Below are positions 36,619-46,565 of a stretch of 58,700 nt of DNA, piece after piece. The DNA is from Anaerolineales bacterium (GTDB taxonomy: Bacteria; Chloroflexota; Anaerolineae; Anaerolineales; JABWBV01), in the NCBI GenBank assembly GCA_035512695.1, contig DATKDL010000011.1, positions 1 to 58,700 of the forward strand, given 5' to 3'. How positions within the stretch are numbered: the first letter of the stretch is position 1; each line of letters opens with the position of its first letter. The position numbers and the translations under genes are program-made. The notes under the pieces were generated by a model. It worked only from the letters and a program-made list of their open reading frames with translations, had not been told where the DNA came from and ran no database searches.

Positions 36619-38319
36619 TTACGGCGGCAGGACGGTGAAGATGCCCGTCTGCATCAGGCGGGTATCGATATAGAGTTCTACGGTGTATTCACCGGGGGTG
36701 AAGACGAAGACATTGCTGAAGGCGTACGAGAACCACTTGACCCCGCTGCCGCTTTCACCAGAGTGCCAGTCATCGACGGAGCGGAGCACAGGATCCTCGT
36801 AGCCGTTGACATACACCTTCCAGAGCAGGTGCTCGCCGTTCTGGAAGCCCGTGAAATCGATCAGCACTCCGACGGCGTTCGTCCCGAATTCATTGACCGT
36901 CGCATCCTCGTAGTCGATGAAATTGCCGTTTTCGTCACGGATCTCCCGGACGAAGGCGAACTCGGAGACGGACCGGCCGGTCGGCGGGCGGGGGACCGTC
37001 CCGAAGAATTCCAGTGAGACGATGTACTCTTTGAGACGGACGATCTCGCTGGTCCCGGTGGTTTGCAGCCGGTCGAGGTCGACGTTGAGCAGGTGCGGGG
37101 CCGGCGCCTGGGTCCAGGATTTCGGGCTGCCGGCGGCCTGGTCGATGAGACTCTGGATATCGAAAACGCCCGCTTCCATGAAATACCACAGCGACGGAGG
37201 GACGGCCTGCCCGGTGGCCCTGGCTTCGGCGATCTGTCTTTCCGCTTCCTCCACGGCCAGGCGGTATTCTTCGACGGCGTTCTCGAACCGGCCCTGCGCG
37301 AGCATGTTCAGACCCTGGTTGAGCCGCAGTCCGACGAGGGTCGGGTTCATCGCCAGCGCCTGCTGGTTGACGGCGACGGATTCGCCGAACCGGCCGAGCA
37401 TATAATACGACCAGCCCAGGTTCCACAGCACGGTCGTGTCCACGCGCCCGCCGAGCATGGTGGCTTCAAAATCTCCGACCGCGGCCTCATATTCCCCAAT
37501 GGCCAGGTTCGAGATGGCCTTGTTGTAATAAGCGTTCGTGTAGCTCGGGTTACCGGGCAGTGCGGAGTAGCTGACGATCGCGTCTCGAAATGCATCGATC
37601 GCCTCGTCGTGATGGCCCTGGTAAGCGAGGCCGACGCCGTGCGCATATGAGTCGATCGCATCCACCGGGATCTCATCGACCGGGACATACAGGATCAGGA
37701 CGCTTCCTCCCAGGTTGACCAGGATGATCAACCCCCCCAGCAGAACGAACACCCAGCGCATGACGCTGTGGATCGTTGTCGAGAGACCGAAAAAAGACAG
37801 CGCCACGGCGTAGAGCGTGATCTGCAGGACGAAGTTGTTGGCGATCTGGTCCCAGGTATTGGAGACCATGGATTTGCTTTCGAACTGCTCCTGGAGCCGG
37901 GCCGATTCGATCACGTAGAGCTCCGCTTCGTATGAATACGGATCGGGCCAGTTGAAATTTGGATCGAAGTAGGGAGAAGCGAGCAGTGGGGAGAACGGCC
38001 GGATTTCCTCCAGGACCGCGCGGTAAAGCGCTGCCCGGTCGGTTTCACCGAGCTGTTCGGCATTCGTGATCATCAGGTCCAGCTCACGCCAGGTCTGGAA
38101 AGCCCCCTGCCAATCGTAGCTGAAGCGCAGCGCGCCGTTGATATTTTCGGTTGTGGATTGGATCGACAGCAGCTGGGCTTCCCGCTCGAACCGGTACGAG
38201 TTCCCACTGGCTCGGTGTTCGAGATAGGCTGTCCCCGCGATGAAGATCGATGTCAGGGCGATTAAGACGGCGATGAATTTTTCAAAACGGGCTTCACTCG
38301 AAAGTGGCTGGTCGGACAT
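36619..38319 (-). CDS. Membrane protein with TPR repeats and C-terminal beta-rich domain
   Basis: Three N-terminal TMs; TPR-like AYYNKAISNLAIGEYEAAVGDF, LWNLGWSYYMLGRF, LNQGLNMLAQGRF. Confidence 0.85.
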   Translation of the reverse strand: MSDQPLSSEARFEKFIAVLIALTSIFIAGTAYLEHRASGNSYRFEREAQLLSIQSTTENINGALRFSYDWQGAFQTWRELDLMITNAEQLGETDRAALYRAVLEEIRPFSPLLASPYFDPNFNWPDPYSYEAELYVIESARLQEQFESKSMVSNTWDQIANNFVLQITLYAVALSFFGLSTTIHSVMRWVFVLLGGLIILVNLGGSVLILYVPVDEIPVDAIDSYAHGVGLAYQGHHDEAIDAFRDAIVSYSALPGNPSYTNAYYNKAISNLAIGEYEAAVGDFEATMLGGRVDTTVLWNLGWSYYMLGRFGESVAVNQQALAMNPTLVGLRLNQGLNMLAQGRFENAVEEYRLAVEEAERQIAEARATGQAVPPSLWYFMEAGVFDIQSLIDQAAGSPKSWTQAPAPHLLNVDLDRLQTTGTSEIVRLKEYIVSLEFFGTVPRPPTGRSVSEFAFVREIRDENGNFIDYEDATVNEFGTNAVGVLIDFTGFQNGEHLLWKVYVNGYEDPVLRSVDDWHSGESGSGVKWFSYAFSNVFVFTPGEYTVELYIDTRLMQTGIFTVLPP

Positions 38320-38329
38320 CGTGCGCTCC

Positions 38330-38953
38330 TCAGATCGAGAACTCGAGCACCAGCACCATGCAGATGGCGCCCAGCATCGTGACCAGGCCCGCAAAGGCGA
38401 ACAGGTATTTCAGCGTGTTCCGGATCGCCTGGCCGACGGCAAAGAAGAAAAATGATGCGGCGAAGATGCTCAGCGATAACGTCAGGTTCCCGCCTTTCAG
38501 GTCGTATGCGTCAGCCGCTTCATAGTGCGGCGCATGGTTGAGGTTGCCGGTCAGGTTGGCCTCCGCCCAGAGCTCGTCGATCTGCCGCTGCACATCGTAG
38601 GATCGACCGTCGGGGCTGAGATACAACGAGTTGAAAAAGGTGTATTGGAGACCATGGGCGATCCCCCAGAATTCAGTGCGTTCGAGGGGGACGTCGAGCG
38701 CCGGGTTCTCAAAAAGCCGGTCGCCGAGGGCATTGTACAGGAAATAATCGGTGAATGCGTCGTACTGCTGGTAAGCGAGGATGGAGTTGAACACCCGGGC
38801 TTCCTGCGCCCTGATCGAGGCGGCTGTCCCTTCGAAATTGGCGTCCCCAACCTCGAGAGAAGCCGCATTGGCACGCCAGGCCGTGACCGCGCTCATGATC
38901 GAGACAACGGCGATCATCAGGGATGAAAATACGTCAAATCGGGTTGGTTTCAT
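38330..38953 (-). CDS. 3-TM membrane protein similar to the N-terminal half of the downstream TPR protein
   Basis: RFDVFSSLMIAVVSI vs RFEKFIAVLIALTSI; IFAASFFFFAV...LKYLF vs LYAVALSFFGL...MRWVF. Confidence 0.78.
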   Translation of the reverse strand: MKPTRFDVFSSLMIAVVSIMSAVTAWRANAASLEVGDANFEGTAASIRAQEARVFNSILAYQQYDAFTDYFLYNALGDRLFENPALDVPLERTEFWGIAHGLQYTFFNSLYLSPDGRSYDVQRQIDELWAEANLTGNLNHAPHYEAADAYDLKGGNLTLSLSIFAASFFFFAVGQAIRNTLKYLFAFAGLVTMLGAICMVLVLEFSI

Positions 38954-39126
38954 GATCGCATCTCCTGCAGATTAAAATCCAGGCGAACACCGGTATGACC
39001 TGCGGTTCAGCAGCGGCCGCAGACAATCGAGTGTTCGCCTGTTCGTCGATCCGGTATATAACTCCAAGCGGATTGAGTTTACAATACGTACCGGGCTACG
39101 TCAATGATTGCGATCCATTCGACCAG

Positions 39127-40596
39127 GTGACTTCGGAAAAATTGTCCAGACCAGATAGAATCCTGTTTATCGCCGCCGAAGCCACGCCGTTCGTCAAGGT
39201 CGGTGGTCTCGGGGACGTCGCCGGGTCGCTCCCGCGCGCGCTGCGCGACCTGGGGTTCGACCTCCGCCTCGCGCTGCCTTTGCATCCCCAGATCGAGCGT
39301 GACCGTTACCGGCTCGAGCGGCTGGCGCGGATCGAAATCCCATCCCGGCACGGCGAGATCCCGGCCGAGGTCTTTTACACCGAGGTCGATGCGCTGCCGG
39401 TCTATCTGGTCGCATCACCGCTGATCCCGGCGGAAGGGCCGGTCTACTCGACCGATTCCGGCCGCGACGGCCCGAAGTTCGTTCATTTCTGCCTGGCAGC
39501 GCTGGCGATCGCCGGCCACACCGGCTGGCAGCCGGACCTGATCCACGCCAACGATTGGCACACGGCGGTCGCGCCCTATGTGCAGTTGCTGCGTCGGGAA
39601 TCCGACCCTGTCCTGGCTCGGACTGCCTCCCTGCTCACCGTTCACAATCTGCCGTACCAGGGCGAAGGCGCAGGTGCAGCGCTTGCCGAATTTGGGATCC
39701 CGCCGGCGACCGGGTCACCGCTGCCCTGGTGGGCCCAGGACCGGCCGTTGGCCCTCGGTCTGCTCGCGGCGGATCACGTCAACACCGTCTCCCCCGGTTA
39801 TGCCGTCGAAATGCAGACAGAAGCATTCGGCGCCGGTCTGGACGGTTTCCTCCGCCAGCACAGGGCCGGCCGGTTGAACGGGATCCTGAACGGCCTGGAC
39901 CTGGCGGCCTGGGATCCGGCGACCGATGCGGCGCTGACGGTCAACTATAATCGGGACAATCTGAAAGAAAAAGCGGCCAACAAGGCTGCCCTCCAACGGG
40001 AAGCCGGGCTGAAAGTCGATCCCGAGATCCCGTTGTTCGGGATCGTTTCACGGATGGACGAACAAAAAGGGATTGATCTGGCCGTTGAGGGGCTGCGCCT
40101 GGTCCGCGACCGCGCCTGGCAGGCCGTGATCCTGGGGACCGGGAATCGGGAGATTGAAGCCGCCGCGATTTCGCTCGCCGAGCAGAACCCGGGCCGGGCG
40201 CGGGTCTGGATCGATTTCAACGACGCCCTCGGCCGACGGATTTACGCCGGTGCGGATGTATTCCTGATCCCTTCGCGCTACGAACCTTGCGGGCTCACGC
40301 AGATGATCGCGATGCGTTATGGCGCCGTCCCGCTGGCCAGCGCGGTTGGCGGGCTCAAGGACACGGTTCGGGACTATTCGGAAGGCGGTGATTCCACGGG
40401 CTTTTTGTTCCGAAACCCGTCGCCGTTCGAATTTGCGGACGCGATCCTGCGGGTGATCGAAGTATTCGGGGACCGGAGAAGGTGGCGCGGGCTTCAATTG
40501 CGCGGGATGAAGCAGGATTTCTCCTGGGACGGTCCGGCAAAATTGTATCGTGATCTATACCGGGGTTTGATTGCCCGGCGAAAGGAGGGTTCTTAA
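39127..40596 (+). CDS. glgA: Glycogen synthase (start uncertain, 39127 or 39142)
   Basis: KVGGLGDV, HANDWHT, TVHN, VSRMDEQKG, PSRYEPCGLTQ. Confidence 0.96.
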   Translation: MTSEKLSRPDRILFIAAEATPFVKVGGLGDVAGSLPRALRDLGFDLRLALPLHPQIERDRYRLERLARIEIPSRHGEIPAEVFYTEVDALPVYLVASPLIPAEGPVYSTDSGRDGPKFVHFCLAALAIAGHTGWQPDLIHANDWHTAVAPYVQLLRRESDPVLARTASLLTVHNLPYQGEGAGAALAEFGIPPATGSPLPWWAQDRPLALGLLAADHVNTVSPGYAVEMQTEAFGAGLDGFLRQHRAGRLNGILNGLDLAAWDPATDAALTVNYNRDNLKEKAANKAALQREAGLKVDPEIPLFGIVSRMDEQKGIDLAVEGLRLVRDRAWQAVILGTGNREIEAAAISLAEQNPGRARVWIDFNDALGRRIYAGADVFLIPSRYEPCGLTQMIAMRYGAVPLASAVGGLKDTVRDYSEGGDSTGFLFRNPSPFEFADAILRVIEVFGDRRRWRGLQLRGMKQDFSWDGPAKLYRDLYRGLIARRKEGS

Positions 40597-42095
40597 TGGA
40601 TTTTATGCGCGCTTCCGGTGTACTTCTTCATCCCACCAGCCTGCCCGGTCCGAACGGGATCGGCGAACTTGGTCCGGAGGCTTATGCCTGGGTCGATTGG
40701 CTGGCCGGCGCCGGCTGCGGTCTATGGCAGGTCCTTCCGCTCGGCCCGACGAGTTACGGCGACTCGCCGTACCAATGCTTCTCGGCCTTTGCCGGGAACC
40801 CATATTTGATCAGTTTTGACCGGCTTTTGAAAGACGGCTTGCTGTTGGCCGAAGACCTGCAGGACCGCCCGATATTTGAACCGGATCGGGTCGATTTCGG
40901 CACGATCTATTTATGGAAACTCGCCGTCCTCGACCGGGCATATGGCCGGTTCCGGACAGGACCGTTCTCATCGCTTCGAAAGGCCGTGGAACGCTTCTCG
41001 GCCGAGAACGGGCATTGGCTCCCGGATTATGCTCTTTTCATGGCGATCAAGGATGCCCAGGGCGGTCTGCCCTGGTGGGAATGGCCAGCCGGCCTCAAGC
41101 TCCGGTCGGACGCCGATCTTGCCGAGGCCCGCAAGGTCTTTGCAGAATCGATCGAAAGTCACATCCTGCGCCAGTACCTGTTCCACGTGCATTGGCAGGA
41201 CCTCCGTTCCTATGCGCATAGCCGTGGGGTCCGGATTGTCGGCGATATCCCGATCTTCGTGGCATACGATTCGTCGGACGTCTGGGCAAACCCGGAGCTG
41301 TTCTATCTTGACGATCAGGGCCGCAGGATCGTTCAGGCCGGCGTCCCGCCGGATTATTTCTCCGCAACCGGCCAGCTGTGGGGCAACCCGCTTTACCGGT
41401 GGGAGGCGCACGGCGAGACCGGCTACGCCTGGTGGTTCGAGCGGCTGCGGTCGGTCTTGAGCCAGGTCGATATCCTTCGGCTGGACCATTTCAGGGGCTT
41501 TTACGATTACTGGGAGATCCCCGGCGAAGCGAAGACCGCACAGACCGGCCGGTGGGTGCCCGGACCCGGCGCGGTGTTTTTCGACCGGCTCAAGGAATCG
41601 CTCGGAGACCTGCCGATCATCGCCGAGGACCTGGGAGCGCTTCACCCTGAAGTCTATGAACTGCGCGACAGGTTCAACCTGCCCGGAATGAAGATCCTTG
41701 TTTTCGCCTTCGGGGACGAACATCCGAATATCTTCATCCCCTACAACTACACCGCCAACAGCGTCGTCTACACCGGCACACACGATAATGATACCGCCCT
41801 GGGCTGGTACCGCCGGGTGGGGGAAAAGGAGCGCGACCTGGCGCGCCGCTACCTGGCGCGCGACGGTCGAGATATCTCCTGGGACCTCGTGCGGGAGGCC
41901 TGGTCCTCGGTTTCCATGTTTGCCCTGGCGCCATTGCAGGATCTGCTCGGATTGGGTAACGAAGCGCGGATGAATCTTCCCGGGACCGTAGGGACGCACA
42001 ACTGGAGCTGGCGGGTGCGCCGGAAGGCGGTTTCGCCGGAGCTGCAGGCTCGGCTGAGCGAAGCCAATTTCCTCTACGGGCGATTGAAGGGCTAG
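40596..42095 (+). CDS. malQ: 4-alpha-glucanotransferase (amylomaltase, GH77)
   Basis: GVLLHPTSLP, WQVLPLGPT, GVPPDYFSATGQLWGNP, RLDHFRG, AEDLG, GTHDNDT. Confidence 0.97.
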   Translation: MDFMRASGVLLHPTSLPGPNGIGELGPEAYAWVDWLAGAGCGLWQVLPLGPTSYGDSPYQCFSAFAGNPYLISFDRLLKDGLLLAEDLQDRPIFEPDRVDFGTIYLWKLAVLDRAYGRFRTGPFSSLRKAVERFSAENGHWLPDYALFMAIKDAQGGLPWWEWPAGLKLRSDADLAEARKVFAESIESHILRQYLFHVHWQDLRSYAHSRGVRIVGDIPIFVAYDSSDVWANPELFYLDDQGRRIVQAGVPPDYFSATGQLWGNPLYRWEAHGETGYAWWFERLRSVLSQVDILRLDHFRGFYDYWEIPGEAKTAQTGRWVPGPGAVFFDRLKESLGDLPIIAEDLGALHPEVYELRDRFNLPGMKILVFAFGDEHPNIFIPYNYTANSVVYTGTHDNDTALGWYRRVGEKERDLARRYLARDGRDISWDLVREAWSSVSMFALAPLQDLLGLGNEARMNLPGTVGTHNWSWRVRRKAVSPELQARLSEANFLYGRLKG

Positions 42096-42304
42096 GTCCC
42101 GGGCGCCACGTCCCCATTTTTGGGGGTCCAACCCGGCTCAGCCTGCTCGAGTTGTTTCCGCGTGTGCCCGTTGCGTTTCCCGCAATGGGGGCAGAACGAA
42201 TTCTGGTACTTTAGATTTTCGGTCACGATCTGATCCAGAAAGGCGTGCACTTCTTCCTTGCTCACGGCATACGGTCTTCCGCAGTGACTGCATCGTATTT
42301 GCAT
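42092..42304 (-). CDS. Small zinc-ribbon protein (70 aa)
   Basis: AAGGAG RBS; CSHC...CPHC. Confidence 0.75.
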   Translation of the reverse strand: MQIRCSHCGRPYAVSKEEVHAFLDQIVTENLKYQNSFCPHCGKRNGHTRKQLEQAEPGWTPKNGDVAPGT

Positions 42305-42450
42305 CGAGGGCTCCTTGAGGATGACGTCTCTGCGCCGGATATCGGTGCGAAGGTGCAAAGACGCAATTGTTTTTCTTTCATATCCGATAATTCTACCCTT
42401 GCACACCGGCGGTAACCGAGAAAAAAACTTCGCACCCCTGCATCGATGCG

Positions 42451-43365
42451 TCAGGATCTCCGTGCGGTCAGATAAATCCCGAACAGGATCAGGGCCGCGC
42501 CGGCGAGCGTCAGCGGACCGGGGATTTCCTCGAGCAGGATGCCGGCAAGGACCGCCGAGCCGACCGGTTCGCCCAGCAAGGTGACGGCTACGAACGACGC
42601 CGGCAGATAGGCCAGGGCCCAGTTAAAGCTGGAATGGCCCAGGAGCTGGGGGATCAGCGCCAGCAGCAGGAACCAGAGGTAGGTCTGCGCCGGATATCCG
42701 GTGGGAGCGTGTCCGAAGGTGAACAGCATGATCACCAGGAAAGCGGCCGCGGAGGAGTAGACGATATAGATATATCCGACCAGGGAGAGCCGGGGCCGCA
42801 GCTGCCGGCCGATGATCAGATACCCGGCCGAGCTCCAGGCGCCTGCCAGCGCCAGGAAATTCCCGAGCAAGGATTGCGCATAGAATACGAACCCTTGCGG
42901 GCAGGACGCAAGGGTTCCGGGACCGCAGCGGTCGCCGAAGGAGACGACCAGGCCGCCCGCCACCGCGAAACCCAGCCCGGCGGCGGCCCGCCCGGACAGC
43001 TCCTCCTTTAAAAAGAACGGCGCCGCCAGCGCGACCCAGATCGGCGAGGTCTGGACAATGACCAGGGAACTCAGCACGCTGGTGTAGCGGAGCGAGGTGA
43101 TCCAGGTGGCAAAGTGGATCGCCAGGAATAGCCCGGCCCCCAGCGCCAGCAAGACCTCCGCACGCGTCATCGATCTCAACTCGCCCAGGCGGCTCGGGAG
43201 CGCGAACGGCGTCAGGATCAGTGAGGCGAACACCAGCCGGTATGCGGCGATGACGAGCGAGGGGGCTTCCTCCTGGGCAAACCGGATGAAGATCGAGGCC
43301 GTTGACACGGCGAGGATGCCGATGAGGAGGACAAAGGTCGATTGTGATTTTCTTGACAAAGACAT
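42451..43365 (-). CDS. DMT/EamA-family transporter
   Basis: 10 TM; AVSTASIFIR, LAIHFATWITSL, PQLLGHSSFNWAL, LGEPV. Confidence 0.92.
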   Translation of the reverse strand: MSLSRKSQSTFVLLIGILAVSTASIFIRFAQEEAPSLVIAAYRLVFASLILTPFALPSRLGELRSMTRAEVLLALGAGLFLAIHFATWITSLRYTSVLSSLVIVQTSPIWVALAAPFFLKEELSGRAAAGLGFAVAGGLVVSFGDRCGPGTLASCPQGFVFYAQSLLGNFLALAGAWSSAGYLIIGRQLRPRLSLVGYIYIVYSSAAAFLVIMLFTFGHAPTGYPAQTYLWFLLLALIPQLLGHSSFNWALAYLPASFVAVTLLGEPVGSAVLAGILLEEIPGPLTLAGAALILFGIYLTARRS

Positions 43366-43535
43366 ACCCACAGGCTACAATTTTTCCATTGTACTCGACA
43401 CCCATCTTGATCGCATGGGTGCACTAAACAGCGGACGGTAAAAACGCTGGATGCGGGCGCCTCCCCCGTTGGGCCGGGCATCCGCATGCCGGACTTTTCA
43501 GACTGCAATCGATTAGTGCCCCCGGAGGAGTGAAT

Positions 43536-43967
43536 ATGACCTATATCATCACCAGTCTCTGCCTGCGTGATTCGGGTTGTGTAGATGTGTGCCCGGTGGA
43601 ATGTATCCTCCCGGGCAAGCCGAGGGAAGAATGGCCCTGGTTTTACATCGACCCCGACACTTGCATCGACTGCGGCGCATGCGTGCCGGAATGCCCCTAC
43701 GAAGCAATTTTCCCCGAAGATGAAGTGCCCGATGCCTTCCAGGCGCGCGGCGGCGAAGTGATCAGCATGCCAGCCAATTCGGGTCTGAGCGGTGAGTGGT
43801 CCGGAAACAACCACCACGGCACCCCCGTCACGCTCAAGCACACCCGGGTCCTGGAGGCGGGGGAGATTCTCGACCTGACCAGGGACATCCAGCCCAATTT
43901 CGATTTCTTCACGGCGGGGATGGGTTACGACGCGATGGAGGGCGGGCCGGACGCATACGAGGAGTAG
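43536..43967 (+). CDS. Dicluster (probably 7Fe) ferredoxin with C-terminal extension
   Basis: CLRDSGCVDVCPVEC and CIDCGACVPECP. Confidence 0.9.
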   Translation: MTYIITSLCLRDSGCVDVCPVECILPGKPREEWPWFYIDPDTCIDCGACVPECPYEAIFPEDEVPDAFQARGGEVISMPANSGLSGEWSGNNHHGTPVTLKHTRVLEAGEILDLTRDIQPNFDFFTAGMGYDAMEGGPDAYEE

Positions 43968-44062
43968 GCCGATTCGCCGGTTGATGAAATATAAAAGAGG
44001 AAGTCTCCCGGCTTCCTCTTTCTTTTTTGTACCGCTCGGCAACCGGTTAAAATAATGGAACA

Positions 44063-45511
44063 ATGGAAATAGAAAAAGGGTATCGAATCGAACGCGACTC
44101 TCTGGGGGAACTCAAGGTGCCAAAGAACGCCCTCTACGCTGCCCAGACCCAGCGGGCCGTGCAGAATTTCCCGATCTCCGGGCTGCGTCCATGGCCGGCG
44201 TTTGTCTGGAGCATGTCGGCCATTAAGCGCGCCGCCGCGGTTGTGAACCGGGATCTCGGGCTGCTCGATATGGACCGGGCGGCCGCCATCATCGCTGCGG
44301 CGGACGAAATTCTGGCCGGTCAATGGGCCGACCAGTTCGTCGTCGACCCGTTCCAGGCCGGGGCGGGGACCAGCCACAACATGAACGTCAACGAAGTGAT
44401 CGCCAATCGGGCCAGCCAGTTGATGGGCGCCGACCTGGACGCCCGGGACAAGCCGGTCCATCCCAACGACCATGTCAATATGGCGCAGTCCACGAACGAC
44501 ACGATCCCGACGGCGATCCGCCTGGGATGCCTGTGGCGGTCGGATGAACTGCTGGCCGCCTGCGTTGGTCTCGCGGCTGCGCTGCGTGAAAAATCCATCG
44601 AGTTCGATGACGTGGTCAAATCCGGGCGGACGCACCTGCAGGACGCAGTCCCCGTCCGGCTCGGGCAGGAATTCGGCGGCTATGCCCGCGCCGTCGAACG
44701 GGACACGGACCGGATCCGGCGCTCGCTTGACGGACTGCGCCGGCTGGGGATCGGCGGCACCGCAACCGGGACCGGGCTGAACGCCCACCCCGAATACCAC
44801 CGCAGGATGGTTGCCGAACTGGCCGCCCATACCGGGCTCGAGCTGTTCGAATCGGACGACCTGTTCGAGTCCATGCAGTCCCTGGCCGACGCGGCCGATT
44901 TCTCCGCCGCGCTGCGCACCCTGTCGATCACCCTCACCCGGATCGCAAATGATTTCCGGCTGCTCTCCTCCGGACCGTCCACCGGGCTCGACGAGGTCCG
45001 CCTCCCAGCCGTTCAGCCCGGGTCGAGCATTATGCCGGGCAAGGTCAACCCGGTCCTGGCCGAGATGCTGAACCAGGCGATGTTCCACATCCAGGGCAAT
45101 GACCATACTGTCGCCCTCGCGGCGCAGGCCGGGCAGCTCGAATTGAACGTGATGATGCCGGTGATCGCCCACAACCTCTTCGAGATGATGCAGGTCATGA
45201 TCGGGGCGATCTCGGCCTTCACCGAGAAATGCGTCGCCGGTTTGACCGCCAATCGGGAGAAAGCCGAGGGCTGGCTTGCAAAGAATGCCATCGTCGTGAC
45301 CGCGCTCAACCCGCTGATCGGATATGCAGCCGGAGCGAAGATGGTCAAGGAAGCGCTGGCGACCAACCGGACGGTCGGGGAGGTCACACGCGAAAGCGCC
45401 GCGGCCGGCGAAATTCGACACGTGTCGGAGGACCGCCCGGTCCGCCCGGAGGAGATCGACGCCGCCCTGGCCGATCTGCGCAAACTGACCGACGGCGGGA
45501 TCGTCAAGTGA
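44063..45511 (+). CDS. Aspartate ammonia-lyase / class II fumarase family
   Basis: ERDSLGE, QAGAGTSHNMNVNEV, KSGRTHLQDA, GSSIMPGKVNP, GQLELNV. Confidence 0.93.
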   Translation: MEIEKGYRIERDSLGELKVPKNALYAAQTQRAVQNFPISGLRPWPAFVWSMSAIKRAAAVVNRDLGLLDMDRAAAIIAAADEILAGQWADQFVVDPFQAGAGTSHNMNVNEVIANRASQLMGADLDARDKPVHPNDHVNMAQSTNDTIPTAIRLGCLWRSDELLAACVGLAAALREKSIEFDDVVKSGRTHLQDAVPVRLGQEFGGYARAVERDTDRIRRSLDGLRRLGIGGTATGTGLNAHPEYHRRMVAELAAHTGLELFESDDLFESMQSLADAADFSAALRTLSITLTRIANDFRLLSSGPSTGLDEVRLPAVQPGSSIMPGKVNPVLAEMLNQAMFHIQGNDHTVALAAQAGQLELNVMMPVIAHNLFEMMQVMIGAISAFTEKCVAGLTANREKAEGWLAKNAIVVTALNPLIGYAAGAKMVKEALATNRTVGEVTRESAAAGEIRHVSEDRPVRPEEIDAALADLRKLTDGGIVK

Positions 45512-45659
45512 CGCTCTATCGGGCAGGGTTTGAACCGCACAGCGCGGTTATACTAAAGATCTGACTGTTAATTGGGCCAGCGGTTAAAGGGGTGTGCGCC
45601 GGTTATCACGGCGCACTTCCCTGGAACCGCCGCCCCCCAAATTGAATGAGGAGCTGAAC

Positions 45660-46118
45660 ATGCTGACAAAAATCACACGATCGATCGCCAGAATTATCCC
45701 TACCGAGACCGTCTCGGCTCACTGCGACGGCCCCTGCGGGGTCTACGATCCGGCCTCCGCGCGGATCGCAGGCGAGGCCGTCCTTTCCATGACGAAGAAA
45801 ATGCTGGCGCTCGATCCGGGCGCTCACGACCACGCGACCCAGAACACCTACTCCCGCTTTATCGCCATCAAAGAGGAGCAGGCCCAACTCGCGAAAGACG
45901 AACTCCTGATCCTCTGGACGGACTATTTCAAACCGGTCCATCTCGAGAAATACCCGGATCTGCACACGACCTTCTGGAACGCCGCCAAGCTGTGCTCGGC
46001 CACCAAGGTCAACGTCAGCCTCGAGGACGCTGAAGCCCTGATGGACGCGATCCAGAAGATCCACACGATCTTCTGGGAAACCAAGGGGCGGGAAGTAGAC
46101 TACTACACCGCCGCCTGA
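45660..46118 (+). CDS. sodN: Nickel superoxide dismutase precursor
   Basis: Propeptide then Ni-hook HCDGPCGVYDP; LWTDYFK. Confidence 0.97.
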   Translation: MLTKITRSIARIIPTETVSAHCDGPCGVYDPASARIAGEAVLSMTKKMLALDPGAHDHATQNTYSRFIAIKEEQAQLAKDELLILWTDYFKPVHLEKYPDLHTTFWNAAKLCSATKVNVSLEDAEALMDAIQKIHTIFWETKGREVDYYTAA

Positions 46119-46199
46119 TTGACGACGACGATAACCGAAGGCCTGTAAGCGACCAGCCGGACCGGGCAACCGGTCCGGCTGTCCTTTTGTGTGGAGAAC

Positions 46200-46565
46200 G
46201 TGTCTCGAATTCCCCACGATCTTTCAAATACCGGTTGGCCGGAATTCATCCTCTGGCTGCTGAACCGCCGGATCCGGTTCACCGTGAAAGGGTCCTCCAT
46301 GTTCCCGATCCTGAAACCCGGGGACCAGGTGCTGATCGACCCGAGCGCCTTTCGGCGCAGATCGCCGAATGTCGGTGAAATCGTCGTCGCCCTGCATCCC
46401 GGCGGAGAGGCGCTCAAGATCATCAAGCGTGTCGCAAAAGTCCACCCGGACGGACAGCTCGATCTCCAGGGTGAGAACCTTTTTGAGACGACCGATTATC
46501 GGGCCGTCGAGCCGGGTAAAATACTCGGCAAAGTAACCTCTATTTTTTCCGCACATGAAGATTAG
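46200..46565 (+). CDS. sodX: Ni-SOD maturation protease (S26 family)
   Basis: VKGSSMFPILKPGD, IIKRV, GEN; adjacent to sodN. Confidence 0.9.
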   Translation: MSRIPHDLSNTGWPEFILWLLNRRIRFTVKGSSMFPILKPGDQVLIDPSAFRRRSPNVGEIVVALHPGGEALKIIKRVAKVHPDGQLDLQGENLFETTDYRAVEPGKILGKVTSIFSAHED

